The notes under the pieces were generated by a model. It was not told the origin of the DNA. It did no database searches and saw only the letters and a program-made list of their open reading frames with translations. Shown here piece by piece: positions 37,887 to 47,245 of a DNA stretch of 64,000 bases (within the stretch, counting starts at the first letter, position 1; each line of letters opens with the position of its first letter). Position numbers and translations under genes: made by a program. The stretch comes from an uncultured bacterium (lineage in GTDB: Bacteria > Oederibacteriota > JAAXVQ01), in contig CAZSAP010000014.1 in assembly GCA_964604705.1 (NCBI GenBank), positions 1-64,000 on the forward strand. The letters run 5' to 3'.

Positions 37887-38821
37887 TCTCCACCTCGCAC
37901 TTCTTTGATCATGATTTTAGCCTTACTTCGCATATCTTCTATCCACGCCTGAAACGCTTGATCGGCTTTCTCGGTTTTCAAATCCTCGGCAATCTTCCGT
38001 TTGGCCTCGTCCGCCGGCATCTTCCCGCCCTTGTCGAGTTCTTCCACGAGAAACACATGGTACCCGTACTGGGTGGAGATCGGCTCGCTGGTCTCGCCGG
38101 GTTTCAAGCGGAAGAGCACTTGCGAGAACGAACGCGGCAGATCCAGCTCCGTCACCCAACCCAAGTCCCCGCCCAAATCGCTCTCAGGTCCGCGGGAAAA
38201 TTTCTTGGCCAGTGCCTGAAACTCTTCACCCTGACTCAGTTTTTGTTTTACGGCTTGCGCCTGTTCGGTGGTTTCAACCACGATTTGGCGGGCATGCACC
38301 CGCGGCGGACTGTAAAACTCATTGGCATGCGCCCAGTAGAACGAATCAATCTCGTCCTCACCCACGCGCACCGTATCCTCAATCACGCGTTGCACCGTGA
38401 GCTCGATCAGCATCTGGCGCGCGATGAGGTCATGCCAGCGCAGCGAGGTAAGCCCCATGTCCTTAAGGGTCTTGCGCGTCTCGTCGCTGGAGTATCCCGC
38501 CGCGGCCGCGGCCACGCGCGAATTAATCTGCGCTTCGGGCACGGTCAGCTTCAGGCGCTGGGCTTCCTGCACGATCAAGGTGTCGTTGATCATGCGGTCG
38601 AGGAGATCTTCGCGGGTGTTCCCGCTGAGCGTGGAATTGTCGCTGACCGTAAGAAACGCCATCTCGCGCTTCACATCCACGTCGGTGATGTTCGTACCAT
38701 TGACCGTTGCCAGAACCTTCGGCTTATAGAACAGCAAGGAGAGGTCTTGGAAATAAAACCCCAATCCAAAAATCACCATACCCATAACCAGCAGTATGAT
38801 TATCCAGAGCAATTTTTTCAT
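37883..38821 (-). CDS. PpiD/PrsA-like parvulin PPIase, membrane anchored
   Basis: N-terminal TM, SurA_N-like region, and a rotamase domain (GGDLGWVTELDLPRSFSQVLFRLKPGETSEPISTQYGYHVFLVEE). 4-nt overlap with the downstream gene. Confidence 0.7.
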   Translation of the reverse strand: MKKLLWIIILLVMGMVIFGLGFYFQDLSLLFYKPKVLATVNGTNITDVDVKREMAFLTVSDNSTLSGNTREDLLDRMINDTLIVQEAQRLKLTVPEAQINSRVAAAAAGYSSDETRKTLKDMGLTSLRWHDLIARQMLIELTVQRVIEDTVRVGEDEIDSFYWAHANEFYSPPRVHARQIVVETTEQAQAVKQKLSQGEEFQALAKKFSRGPESDLGGDLGWVTELDLPRSFSQVLFRLKPGETSEPISTQYGYHVFLVEELDKGGKMPADEAKRKIAEDLKTEKADQAFQAWIEDMRSKAKIMIKEVRGGE

Positions 38822-38864
38822 CGCAGGAACCTTTGCTTCCGGACGCTAGGCACGCCCGAAACGA

Positions 38865-39548
38865 TTAATGGCTGGTATTGTCCTGAATGGCTACATCGTT
38901 CGCGTCGCCGAAAAGTTTCTGGAATTTTTCCTCTTCCACGGCCACCTTGTTCTTCTTCTCCAAAGCCTTGATCAATTTTTCCTCGCCCAGGATCGAACGA
39001 ATCTGAGCGGCCACGGTGGTCACGGCGGGCACTTTGGCCGCCGGATTCAAGATCTGGAGTTTCTTGGCATAATCTTCATAGTAGGTTTGAATGTCGGCAT
39101 CGGTTATGTCTTTGTCGGCCGAGCTGTCCTTCTTCAACTGGGTGTTGAGCTCGGTCAAGAGTACGTTTTCATAGACTTGCTTGTCGGAGAGGTCCAACTG
39201 GTGCTGGAGTTCGGCAATGGTCATCTTCAGGCGTTCGCGGGACTTGGCTTGGAGGTCCTTGATGCGTTTTTTCAATTCCTTATCCTTGGCCAGACCACGG
39301 GCTTCCGCGTCTTGCACCAGGAGGGTTTTCTTCACGAGGTTGTCGAGAATCTGACGCTTGCCCTTGGTGGTGGTGGCCAGCACTCGGTAATTTTCAGGCA
39401 GGTTGGCCAGGGCCAGTTTGTATTCACTTAAGGTTACGGTTTGGTCGCCTACGGTTGCCAGGACTTCATCTTTGGACCCACAACCACTCATCATCACCGC
39501 GGTGAGACCTACGGCTGCCAGACTCAATACCATCATTTGCTTGCGCAT
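38865..39548 (-). CDS. SurA_N-domain lipoprotein chaperone (no PPIase domain)
   Basis: Lipobox MSGCGS, then SurA N-terminal-like helical region only. Start placed at MRKQMM. Confidence 0.6.
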   Translation of the reverse strand: MRKQMMVLSLAAVGLTAVMMSGCGSKDEVLATVGDQTVTLSEYKLALANLPENYRVLATTTKGKRQILDNLVKKTLLVQDAEARGLAKDKELKKRIKDLQAKSRERLKMTIAELQHQLDLSDKQVYENVLLTELNTQLKKDSSADKDITDADIQTYYEDYAKKLQILNPAAKVPAVTTVAAQIRSILGEEKLIKALEKKNKVAVEEEKFQKLFGDANDVAIQDNTSH

Positions 39549-39642
39549 GCACTTCCTCCTTGAAGCCGAGGCCAATTTTAGTCCTGGATCCAGGGACGGA
39601 TATGTCCCTAGTTGCCTTGAAATTTAAAGGTTTTATAACATA

Positions 39643-42600
39643 TTAGCGAAGTTCGGACAAGATGTTTTTTATGGAGGCCAAAAGCGCGGTCTTGGGCCGC
39701 TCCAACTCCAATCCCGTCTGTTCCCCGGGTATAAACCGGATCCGCCTTTTTGTATCTGCCAAAAGCCGATCCACCAAATCGCGTTTCGGTTTGACCCACA
39801 AACGCCACTTAAAGTTCAAAGTTCGGTGCCCAACGGCAATTTCTTCCAAACCTATCTCCCCGGCCAGGAGTTTCAGCTCGGCTACTTCCAGGAGACGCTG
39901 GGCCGGTTCAGGCACAGGACCGTAACGGTTGGCCAGCTCGCGCCCGATCTCCTGCAGGTCTTCCTCTTTCTCGGCCCCGGAGATGCGTTTGTAAATGTTC
40001 AGGCGCATGATCGTGTCCGGTACATACTCCGAGGGGAGGTACGCATCCACCGGTATGGCCAGTTTGACTTCCTTGGGTGCTTCGGTGCGCTGCCCGCGCA
40101 GCTCGCGCACCGCCTCTTCCAGGAGCGAACAGTAGGTCTCAAAGCCCACGGCCTGCACTTGCCCGGACTGTTCCTTGCCCAGCACGTCGCCGCTGCCCCG
40201 GATCTCCAAGTCGCGCATGGCGATCTTGAACCCCGAGCCCAGTTCCGTAAACTCCTGGAGCGTGGTCAGGCGCTTCTCGGCATTGCCGGTGATGGACCCG
40301 CCGAGCGGGTAGAACAAATACGCGTACGCCTGCCGGTCCGAACGCCCCACGCGCCCGCGCAACTGATACAGCTGCGAGAGGCCCATGGCATCGGCCCGGT
40401 TGATCAAGATGGTGTTCACGTTTGGGAAGTCGAGCCCGGATTCCACAATGGTCGTGGCCACGAGCACATCTTCGGAGCGGGCCATGAAGCGCTCCATCAC
40501 GGGCTCCAGCTCGTCCATGCTCATCTGCCCGTGCCCCACGGCCACGCGCGCCTCCGGGACCAGGCGTTTGATGCGCTCGGCCACGGCCTCAATGCCCTGC
40601 ACCCGGTTGTGGATGAAGAACACCTGCCCGCCGCGCGCCATTTCGCGGACAATGGCTTCACGCACCACTTCCTCGGAGTACTCCATCACGTACGTGCGGA
40701 TGGCCAGGCGGTTGAGCGGGGGCGTCTCAATGACCGAGATGTCGCGAATGCCCGAGAGCGAGAGATAGAGTGTGCGCGGTATGGGCGTGGCCGTGAGCGT
40801 GAGCACATCCACCGTGCTCCGGATGGCCTTCATCTTTTCCTTGTGCTTCACGCCAAAGTGCTGCTCTTCGTCCACGACCAGGAGCCCCAGCTTGGCGAAC
40901 TTCACATCTTCACTTAAGATGCGGTGCGTGCCAATGAGTATGTCCACCGCGCCTTGCGCCACGTCGCGCAGAATGACCTTCTGCTCGGCCGGGTTTTTCA
41001 CACGCGAGAGATACTCGATGCGCACCGGGTAGGCGGCCATGCGTTCCTTGAACGTGGCGTAGTGCTGGTCGGCCAAAAGCGTGGTGGGCACAAGCACCGC
41101 CACCTGCGTGCGGTCCTGCACGGCCTTGAACGCGGCGCGCATGGCCACCTCGGTCTTGCCGTACCCCACATCGCCGCAAACCAGGCGGTCCATGGGTTTT
41201 TCCGACTCCATGTCTTTTTTCAGTTCCTTGATGGCGCGCGCTTGGTCCGGCGTCTCTTCGTACGGAAACGCGTCTTCAAAATCCTTCTGCCACGAGTTGT
41301 CCGGCGGGAAAGCGTGCGCCGCCTGGATCTGACGCGAGGCGTAAATGTCGAGCAGTTGCCGCGCCATTTCCGTAACCGCTTCCTTGACGCGCTGCTTGGT
41401 CTTTTCCCAGGCCGAAGACCCCAGCCGGTGAATGCGCGGTGCGCCCTCGCCGCCGACGTATTTTTCCACGAGGCGTAGCTGGTCCATGGGCACATAGAGT
41501 TTCTCGTCCCCGGCATAAATCAAACACACAAACTCGGTCTCGCCGCCGTCCACGCCCAGCTTGACCACGCCTTGGTAACGCGCGATCCCATGGTCACGGT
41601 GCACCGCCAAGTCCCCGGCTTTCAGCTCCAGCAAGTCGGAGATGGGCTGCGTGGAGTACACGCCGCCTTTGACGCGCCGGGGCTTGGGGCGCCCCAAGCG
41701 GCGGTTGAAAATTTCCTGATCCGTGAACACCGCCATGCGGCAGGCCGGGTACTGAAAGCCTTCGCTCAAGGCCCCCACGTGGAACTCCATGCGCCCCAGC
41801 ATGTCCGGGGACTGCAAGTCGGCCGCGCGCTCGGCCAAGATCTCCTTCAAGCGCTGCTCTTCGGCCCGGTTGTTGGAGACCACATGCAGTTCCATGCCCA
41901 CCCGCAACAAGGCTTGCGCCTCGGCTACGAGCAGCTCCAGATTCCCGCGCAGCGGGTCCGCCCCTTTAATGATCGTAGTCCAATGCGCGGCTGTCTCGTC
42001 GTCCACCCACGCGGTTTGCTTCAAGCGCCCGGTCTGGATCAGGCGGCGCTTGAGCAGCGAGACGCCCAAATCTTCAAACGAGCGGAACAACTCTTCGGGC
42101 GAGGGGAGCACCTGCTCGCGCTTCTTGTGCTCGGCATACAAGCGGGCCGTACGCGCATCGTCTTCCCCGGCTTTCACGCGGGCCGCTCCAGGAGACTCCA
42201 CCACCACCAGCGTGTCCCCGGGCCAGTACTCGATAAACTCAGACGTAGGTACAAAGTAAGGCAGGTAGTGTTCAAGCCCAGGGCCGGTCGGGTCTTCCTC
42301 AAGGCGCTCCCGCAGCGGGCGCACCAACTCCCGTCCTTTGGAACGTTCCAAATCCGCCAACCCTTTTTTAATCTCCGCAGCCGAAGGCGCAAACACACGC
42401 GCCGGCGGAATCGTGGCTTCGTTCACAGGCGCAGGCGAAGGCGTGGAATCATCCCATTGCATGTGGAAGCGGCGAATGCTCACAATCTCCGAACCTTCAA
42501 ACTCAATGCGCCAGGGCGAGAGATCCGACGGTGGAAAGATATCCAAGATGCCGCCGCGAATCGCGAACTGCCCGCGCGTCTCGATGGTGGGCTCGCGCAC

Positions 42601-43113
42601 ATACCCGCGTTCCAAAAACCCTATGGCCAGCTTGTCCATGTCCACATGCTGCCCCACGGTGAGTGTCAGGCAGCGGTCCAGAAGCCAGACCGGATCGGCT
42701 ATGACTTCACGCGCCTGCTCCACGGACGTCACGACGATCGGGCGCTCGCCACCGGCCAAGCGCAGGAGAACTTCCAAGCGTTCCCCTTCCACGTCCATGT
42801 CCGTGAGGGCGTGCTCGTACGGGAGGGTCTCGCGTCCGGGAAAATGAAAGATCACTTCGCGCTCAGGATCAGGGTGCTGGAGAAAAAGGCGGAGTTGTTC
42901 ATAGAGGTCTCGGGCTTCGTCACGCGTGGGCGTGAGGATGAGCAGAGGCACATGCAAGCGCTCCGCGGCCCCGGCCCAGAAGAACGCCCGCGCCGAACCC
43001 CAGAGACCCGTGAGCCACGCGTGCGCGGGCGCCGGATGCGCGTCCACCCATTCGCACAGTTGCGTATAGGCAGGGTCTGAGTTGAGTTTTATAAGCAGAG
43101 TGCGTAACGCCAT
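39643..43113 (-). CDS. mfd: Transcription-repair coupling factor Mfd
   Basis: 1156 aa. UvrB-homology N-terminus, RNAP-interacting domain, and superfamily-2 translocase motifs (LVCGDVGYGKTEVA, DEEQHFGV, TATPIPRT, QLRGRVGR). TRG motif region present. Confidence 0.92.
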   Translation of the reverse strand: MALRTLLIKLNSDPAYTQLCEWVDAHPAPAHAWLTGLWGSARAFFWAGAAERLHVPLLILTPTRDEARDLYEQLRLFLQHPDPEREVIFHFPGRETLPYEHALTDMDVEGERLEVLLRLAGGERPIVVTSVEQAREVIADPVWLLDRCLTLTVGQHVDMDKLAIGFLERGYVREPTIETRGQFAIRGGILDIFPPSDLSPWRIEFEGSEIVSIRRFHMQWDDSTPSPAPVNEATIPPARVFAPSAAEIKKGLADLERSKGRELVRPLRERLEEDPTGPGLEHYLPYFVPTSEFIEYWPGDTLVVVESPGAARVKAGEDDARTARLYAEHKKREQVLPSPEELFRSFEDLGVSLLKRRLIQTGRLKQTAWVDDETAAHWTTIIKGADPLRGNLELLVAEAQALLRVGMELHVVSNNRAEEQRLKEILAERAADLQSPDMLGRMEFHVGALSEGFQYPACRMAVFTDQEIFNRRLGRPKPRRVKGGVYSTQPISDLLELKAGDLAVHRDHGIARYQGVVKLGVDGGETEFVCLIYAGDEKLYVPMDQLRLVEKYVGGEGAPRIHRLGSSAWEKTKQRVKEAVTEMARQLLDIYASRQIQAAHAFPPDNSWQKDFEDAFPYEETPDQARAIKELKKDMESEKPMDRLVCGDVGYGKTEVAMRAAFKAVQDRTQVAVLVPTTLLADQHYATFKERMAAYPVRIEYLSRVKNPAEQKVILRDVAQGAVDILIGTHRILSEDVKFAKLGLLVVDEEQHFGVKHKEKMKAIRSTVDVLTLTATPIPRTLYLSLSGIRDISVIETPPLNRLAIRTYVMEYSEEVVREAIVREMARGGQVFFIHNRVQGIEAVAERIKRLVPEARVAVGHGQMSMDELEPVMERFMARSEDVLVATTIVESGLDFPNVNTILINRADAMGLSQLYQLRGRVGRSDRQAYAYLFYPLGGSITGNAEKRLTTLQEFTELGSGFKIAMRDLEIRGSGDVLGKEQSGQVQAVGFETYCSLLEEAVRELRGQRTEAPKEVKLAIPVDAYLPSEYVPDTIMRLNIYKRISGAEKEEDLQEIGRELANRYGPVPEPAQRLLEVAELKLLAGEIGLEEIAVGHRTLNFKWRLWVKPKRDLVDRLLADTKRRIRFIPGEQTGLELERPKTALLASIKNILSELR

Positions 43114-43177
43114 AATACCTTCTGGTCCGCTTAAAGGCAGATCCGCTCGCTTAAGCCAAAGCGATCACACGCCTGTC

Positions 43178-43223
43178 GGACATGGATAAAGTCCCCCTCT
43201 TTGGCAAAGAGGGGCTAGGGGAG
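43178..43223. repeat. Left copy of the direct repeat GGACATGG...GAGGGGCTAGGGGAG flanking a 3.65-kb cassette
   Basis: GGACATGG(43178-43185)...GAGGGGCTAGGGGAG(43209-43223). The partner at 46854-46879 is GGACATGGTGGGAGGGGCTAGGGGAG. The left copy carries an extra internal hairpin CCCCCTCTTTGGCAAAGAGGGG. Confidence 0.55.
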
Positions 43224-43325
43224 TTAGCCAACAAAACACCTACCCTAAAAACCCGACAATCATACCGCAGGAAGCAGCGCGACGGTAGGATTTTTAAAAA
43301 TTATATTTATCCATTTATCCCGCGC

Positions 43326-43350
43326 GTAGGGGCGTATTGCATACGCCCCA
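43326..43350. repeat. Palindromic element copy (GTAGGGGCGTATTGCATACGCCCCAC)
   Basis: First island copy, 100 bp upstream of coiled-coil gene 1. The flanking sequence CCATTTATCC...CGCGATCTTTTTCCTAAGCACGCGTCT is repeated at 44795-44900. Confidence 0.7.
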
Positions 43351-43451
43351 CAATTATTGATCCTTTTCCCCGCGATCTTTTTCCTAAGCACGCGTCTCAA
43401 CAAACCGGTTGCAAAAGTCATAAAAAAGTTTACACTTAGCGGAGATAAGTT

Positions 43452-43775
43452 ATGAACGAAGAAGGGTCTATAACCATGTCCGAATTTAAAACCGTTATCG
43501 AAAGCTTTCAGTCTGACATAAAAAAGCTCGCTGAAGGCATGCAGCATGGCTTCGAAGTGGTAAACGCCGAGCTCAGCTATGTTAAAGCAGACATCCGTGA
43601 GCTCAAAGAAAAAACAGATCGCGTTGAAGTAAAAATTGACTCTCACACCGAACAAATCGCCCGTTTGCAGGAAGATGTTACGGACATTAAAAACTCTTTA
43701 AAACTAAAAGCGGACCGCGAAGAGTTCGCCAAACTCGAAATGCGCGTGACCAAGCTCGAAAACAAAGTCGCGTAA
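43452..43775 (+). CDS. Coiled-coil protein of unknown function (paralog 1)
   Basis: 107 aa, heptad-rich, no TM. Coding sequence and ~150 bp of 5' leader are duplicated at 44960-45304. Confidence 0.6.
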   Translation: MNEEGSITMSEFKTVIESFQSDIKKLAEGMQHGFEVVNAELSYVKADIRELKEKTDRVEVKIDSHTEQIARLQEDVTDIKNSLKLKADREEFAKLEMRVTKLENKVA

Positions 43776-43887
43776 ACTGTCCCAAACTGCCGGCACTTAT
43801 TAAAAAACCACAAAGGGCCGAATGAATTCATAAGCATCTAAATCCGTTTCAGGATTAAGCCCAGGCCCGTCAAAGGAATGTTTCGCT

Positions 43888-44745
43888 ATGCTTCAGCCGT
43901 GTGTGTGTTGCCAGCAGCAGGTTGCTCCCCTTGAGCAACAATCCATTGTCTGCAACCTCCGTCAGTTCCGTCAAAAGCAATTCCTCGTCTGGCGCTGTCC
44001 TCTATGCCGCAGCCTGCATCGCCAAGAGCCCATGGACTTGGCGCCCTATTATCGTGACTACCCTATCCATAAACTCGAACTGGATTTCTGGCTGCGCTTA
44101 CTCAAGGGCAATCTGGTAAGCCATCTCCGCCATGCCGGGCTTACACCCTCTGTTGCATTTCTTGACTTCGGCTGCGGCGCCGGTCTGCTCCTGCGCCTTT
44201 TGGCTGAAAAGGGCTTTACCCACCTGACCGGTTACGACCTTTACCACCCCGAATACAACCACCCTGAGGTGTTGCGCAACCGCTATGATTTTATTTTAGC
44301 CGAAGATGTCCTAGAACATGTGGATGACCCGCAAGCCTTGCTCAAGCACTGGCATGCGTTGCTCAACCCAGGCGGACGAATCCTTATCACCACGGTCAAT
44401 GCCGCGGGCATTGATCTGAACAAACCGGAAGCGTATCTCCACAGCCTGCATCAACCTTTCCACCCGCATATGTTTTCCCCGCAGGCCTTGGAGGACATGG
44501 CCAGGCGTGAATCGTTTCAGGTGCTCCGTTACTATAAGCGCTTCTACTACGACACGCTGATACCTACCGTGAACTATTCTTTTATGCTGGAATACCTTAA
44601 GGCCCAGGGCAATACGTTTGCCGTGGGTCCTGAGGTGGTTGATCTAAAGCTCTTCGTAACCAACCCTGCCTTGTTCTTCTATGCCTTCTTTGGCTATTTT
44701 TTCCCCAATCACGGACTCATGATGATGTTGCTGGAGAAAAAATAG
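43888..44745 (+). CDS. Class I SAM-dependent methyltransferase with N-terminal Cys4 zinc ribbon
   Basis: CVCCQQ...CPLC zinc ribbon. Motif I LDFGCGAG, motif II DFILAEDVLEHVDDP, motif III LNPGGRILITT. Confidence 0.75.
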   Translation: MLQPCVCCQQQVAPLEQQSIVCNLRQFRQKQFLVWRCPLCRSLHRQEPMDLAPYYRDYPIHKLELDFWLRLLKGNLVSHLRHAGLTPSVAFLDFGCGAGLLLRLLAEKGFTHLTGYDLYHPEYNHPEVLRNRYDFILAEDVLEHVDDPQALLKHWHALLNPGGRILITTVNAAGIDLNKPEAYLHSLHQPFHPHMFSPQALEDMARRESFQVLRYYKRFYYDTLIPTVNYSFMLEYLKAQGNTFAVGPEVVDLKLFVTNPALFFYAFFGYFFPNHGLMMMLLEKK

Positions 44746-44798
44746 ATCGCCTGTGTGCTTAACCGCACATGCATCGGCGTGTACCCATTTATCATTCC

Positions 44799-44824
44799 GT
44801 AGGGGTGTATTGCATACGCCCCTC
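44799..44824. repeat. Palindromic element copy (GTAGGGGTGTATTGCATACGCCCCTC) plus a half-copy at 44846-44860
   Basis: Between the methyltransferase and coiled-coil gene 2. Confidence 0.65.
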
Positions 44825-44959
44825 TAATGTTTACGCCCTTTTGTTTTACATACGCCCCACGATTATTCACTATTTCTCCGCGATCTTTTTCCTAAGCACG
44901 CGTCTAAACAAACCGGTTGCAAAAGTTTAAAAAAAAGCTACACTTGTCGGAGGCAGCAC

Positions 44960-45304
44960 ATGAACGAAGAAGGGTCTATAACCATGTCAGAGTTTAAAAC
45001 AGTTATCGAAGGGTTTCAGTCCGATATAAAAAAGTTAGCAGAAGCCACGCAGTTCGGTTTCGAGACCATGAACGCCGAGTTCCGCTATGTCAAAGCCGAT
45101 ATCCGCGAACTCAAGGAAAAAGTTGATCGTCTTGATGTGAAAACGGATCAACTCTCAACCAAGTCCGACTCCCACGCCGAACAGATAGCCCTTTTGCATG
45201 AAGACGTGACGGACATTAAAAATTCTTTAAAACTGAAAGTCGACCGCGAAGAGTTCGCCAAGCTCGAAATGCGTGTGACCAAGCTGGAAAACAAAGTCGC
45301 TTAA
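44960..45304 (+). CDS. Coiled-coil protein of unknown function (paralog 2)
   Basis: 114 aa. About 75% identical to 43452-43775. N-terminus MNEEGSITMSEFKTVIE and C-terminus REEFAKLEMRVTKLENKVA identical. Confidence 0.6.
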   Translation: MNEEGSITMSEFKTVIEGFQSDIKKLAEATQFGFETMNAEFRYVKADIRELKEKVDRLDVKTDQLSTKSDSHAEQIALLHEDVTDIKNSLKLKVDREEFAKLEMRVTKLENKVA

Positions 45305-45347
45305 CCCAAAACCTCCCCTCTAGCATTCCCTATTCTTGTATCCCGTA

Positions 45348-45465
45348 GTAGGGGCGTATTGCATACGCCCCTACGAATTTTCCATTTTCCATTCTCGATT
45401 CTCTGCCCTTCCCGCCTCTGTTTCGTTTGTCATCCCGGACCCCGATCCGGGATCCAGTGACTTTG
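45348..45465. repeat. ~120-bp direct repeat (copy 1) flanking the radical-SAM gene
   Basis: Palindrome plus CGAATTTTCCATTTTCCATTCTC...TGCCCTTCCCGCCTCTGTTTCGTTTGTCATCCC...GGGATCCAGTGACTTTG. Copy 2 at 46638-46788 carries a ~40-bp insertion. Confidence 0.6.
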
Positions 45466-45567
45466 TTTTCTGTTTTTGAATTTATTGATAGTCCATACCC
45501 CACCCTCATCCTTTAACGCCTATGCGCCGTTACTTAACCCAACAAGCCAACAAGGAAGCGTGAGATC

Positions 45568-46599
45568 ATGTCCGAACCCAGTTCTTCCCCAAGCCAGGAA
45601 GTACATGTGTACTATATCGAAGTTGCGGCCGCCTGCAACCTGCGCTGCCCTTCGTGCCCGAACGGCAATTCGCGCGATCCCAAACGCGCCCGGGGGCACA
45701 TGGACCCGCAGCTACTCTCACAGATACTCGAGAAGATCACCCAGGAATCCCCAGCCCGCGTGACCGATCTCTACTTTGTAAATTGGGGGGAGCCCACGCT
45801 CCATCCCGACCTCCCGCGCCTGATCGAACTCGCCCGGAGCAAAGGTCTGCCCCCGCATCTCTCCAGCAACCTCGCTGCTGCCTGCGATCTGCGCGAGATC
45901 GTGAAGGCCGGCCCCAAATCCCTCCGGATCTCCCTCTCCGGATACGACCCCGAGGTGTACAAGCGCATGCACTACCCCGGCGATGTGTGGATGGTCAAGT
46001 CCAACGCGTACCGACTCCGCTCGCACCTGAACTCCCTGGGCTCGGACATGCCCGCGCATTTTTGCTACCACCAGTATGTGCACAACATGGGTGCGGATTT
46101 GGAGAACGTCCGGCATCTGGCGGAGGAGCTGGGGTTTGCCTTTGAGCCGGTGCTGGCGTTTCTCGCACCTCTGGAACGGTATCTGGACTACCTGAAGGGG
46201 ACAGCCTCGCCGGAGGTTCGGAACCTGGTCAACCAACTCCTGGTCCGCCCCGAGGAGGCCAAGGCCGCAGCCTATGAGCATGCGCGCCGCCACCCCGCGC
46301 CGGACTGCGGACTGCGCGCCTGCCAAACGGTCATTGATTTCAACGGTCAGGTCTCACTGTGCTGCGCCGTGTACGAAGAGCAGAACAACCTCGGGGTCCA
46401 TTTTTTAGATGCACCCCACGCCGAACTCCAGCGCCTGAAATACGCCCACCCCCTCTGCCGCATCTGCATGCAGCACTACGGCCACCTCTACTACCTCTAT
46501 GCCGGGCGCGAAACCCTGGACCGCATTGCCAAGGAACGCCTGCAAGCCTTGAACGGAACCAACGCCGAAAGAGAACTATTCATTCCGGGAATCCGGTAG
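45568..46599 (+). CDS. Radical SAM enzyme with SPASM-like C-terminal cysteine cluster
   Basis: CNLRCPSCPNG (Cx3Cx2C) near the N-terminus, SAM-binding GEPTLHPD, and C-terminal Cys-rich CGLRACQ...SLCCAV...CRIC. Not viperin-like (that motif is CNYxCxFC). Confidence 0.8.
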   Translation: MSEPSSSPSQEVHVYYIEVAAACNLRCPSCPNGNSRDPKRARGHMDPQLLSQILEKITQESPARVTDLYFVNWGEPTLHPDLPRLIELARSKGLPPHLSSNLAAACDLREIVKAGPKSLRISLSGYDPEVYKRMHYPGDVWMVKSNAYRLRSHLNSLGSDMPAHFCYHQYVHNMGADLENVRHLAEELGFAFEPVLAFLAPLERYLDYLKGTASPEVRNLVNQLLVRPEEAKAAAYEHARRHPAPDCGLRACQTVIDFNGQVSLCCAVYEEQNNLGVHFLDAPHAELQRLKYAHPLCRICMQHYGHLYYLYAGRETLDRIAKERLQALNGTNAERELFIPGIR

Positions 46600-46637
46600 G
46601 GGCGCGGAGGTTTGGTGCACTTTGTGCGGTTGTGATG

Positions 46638-46788
46638 TGGGTCGTATGCAATACGCCCCTACGAACTTTCCATTTTCCATTCTCTGCCCTTCCCGCCTCT
46701 GCTTTGTTTGTCATCCCCGCCCTTGCAAGAGCTTAGATAAAATATCCATCCTTGCGCCTAACGACTCCCTCGGGGATCCAGCGACCTT
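46638..46788. repeat. Direct repeat (copy 2) 3' of the radical-SAM gene
   Basis: See 45348-45465. Contains an RYYYAAC-like GCCTAAC at 46759-46765. Confidence 0.6.
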
Positions 46789-46853
46789 GATCTTTTATTT
46801 TCGATTTTCCATTCTCCATTTTCCATTTTCTTTTATTCTTATTCCCCGCCCCA

Positions 46854-46879
46854 GGACATGGTGGGAGGGGCTAGGGGAG
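46854..46879. repeat. Right copy of the cassette-flanking direct repeat
   Basis: GGACATGGTGGGAGGGGCTAGGGGAG. Overlaps the stop codon of the REC gene. Confidence 0.55.
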
Positions 46880-47245
46880 GGGGCTTCCAGTCTTCCACAT
46901 TACACGTTCAATCACCCGCCTCAACTCGTCCAACTCAAAGGGTTTGGCCAAGCACGCAACCGCGCCGGCTTGCAGGGCCTGCCTCTCCAGCCGCTCCGTA
47001 AGTGCGCCCGAGATGAAGATGACCTTCGGACGCGGGTGGAGGTGTTTCACCATTTCCAAAAAGTCCAACCCACCCAAGCCGGGCATGAGGTAGTCCACAA
47101 CCACCACGTCCGGGGTTTGCAGGGCCAGGCAGGCAAAAGCCTCGGGCACTGAAGGTGCTACGGACAGGAGGTATTCGTGGCCTAAAGTCAGTACCAAGGC
47201 TTCCAAGAACAACTCGTGATCGTCGATGAAGAGAATGTGGGGCAT
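46871..47245 (-). CDS. Stand-alone response-regulator receiver (CheY-like) protein
   Basis: ILFIDDHELF...DVVVVDYLMPGLGGLDFL...KVIFISG...A..KP matches the REC fold with phospho-acceptor Asp. Confidence 0.8.
   Translation of the reverse strand: MPHILFIDDHELFLEALVLTLGHEYLLSVAPSVPEAFACLALQTPDVVVVDYLMPGLGGLDFLEMVKHLHPRPKVIFISGALTERLERQALQAGAVACLAKPFELDELRRVIERVMWKTGSPLP

Noticed and set aside
45568-46599. Prokaryotic viperin (pVip) identity for the radical-SAM gene
   Set aside because: The cluster motif is CNLRCPSCPNG with C-terminal SPASM-like cysteines, not the viperin CNYxCxFC context, and there is no nucleotide-kinase partner.
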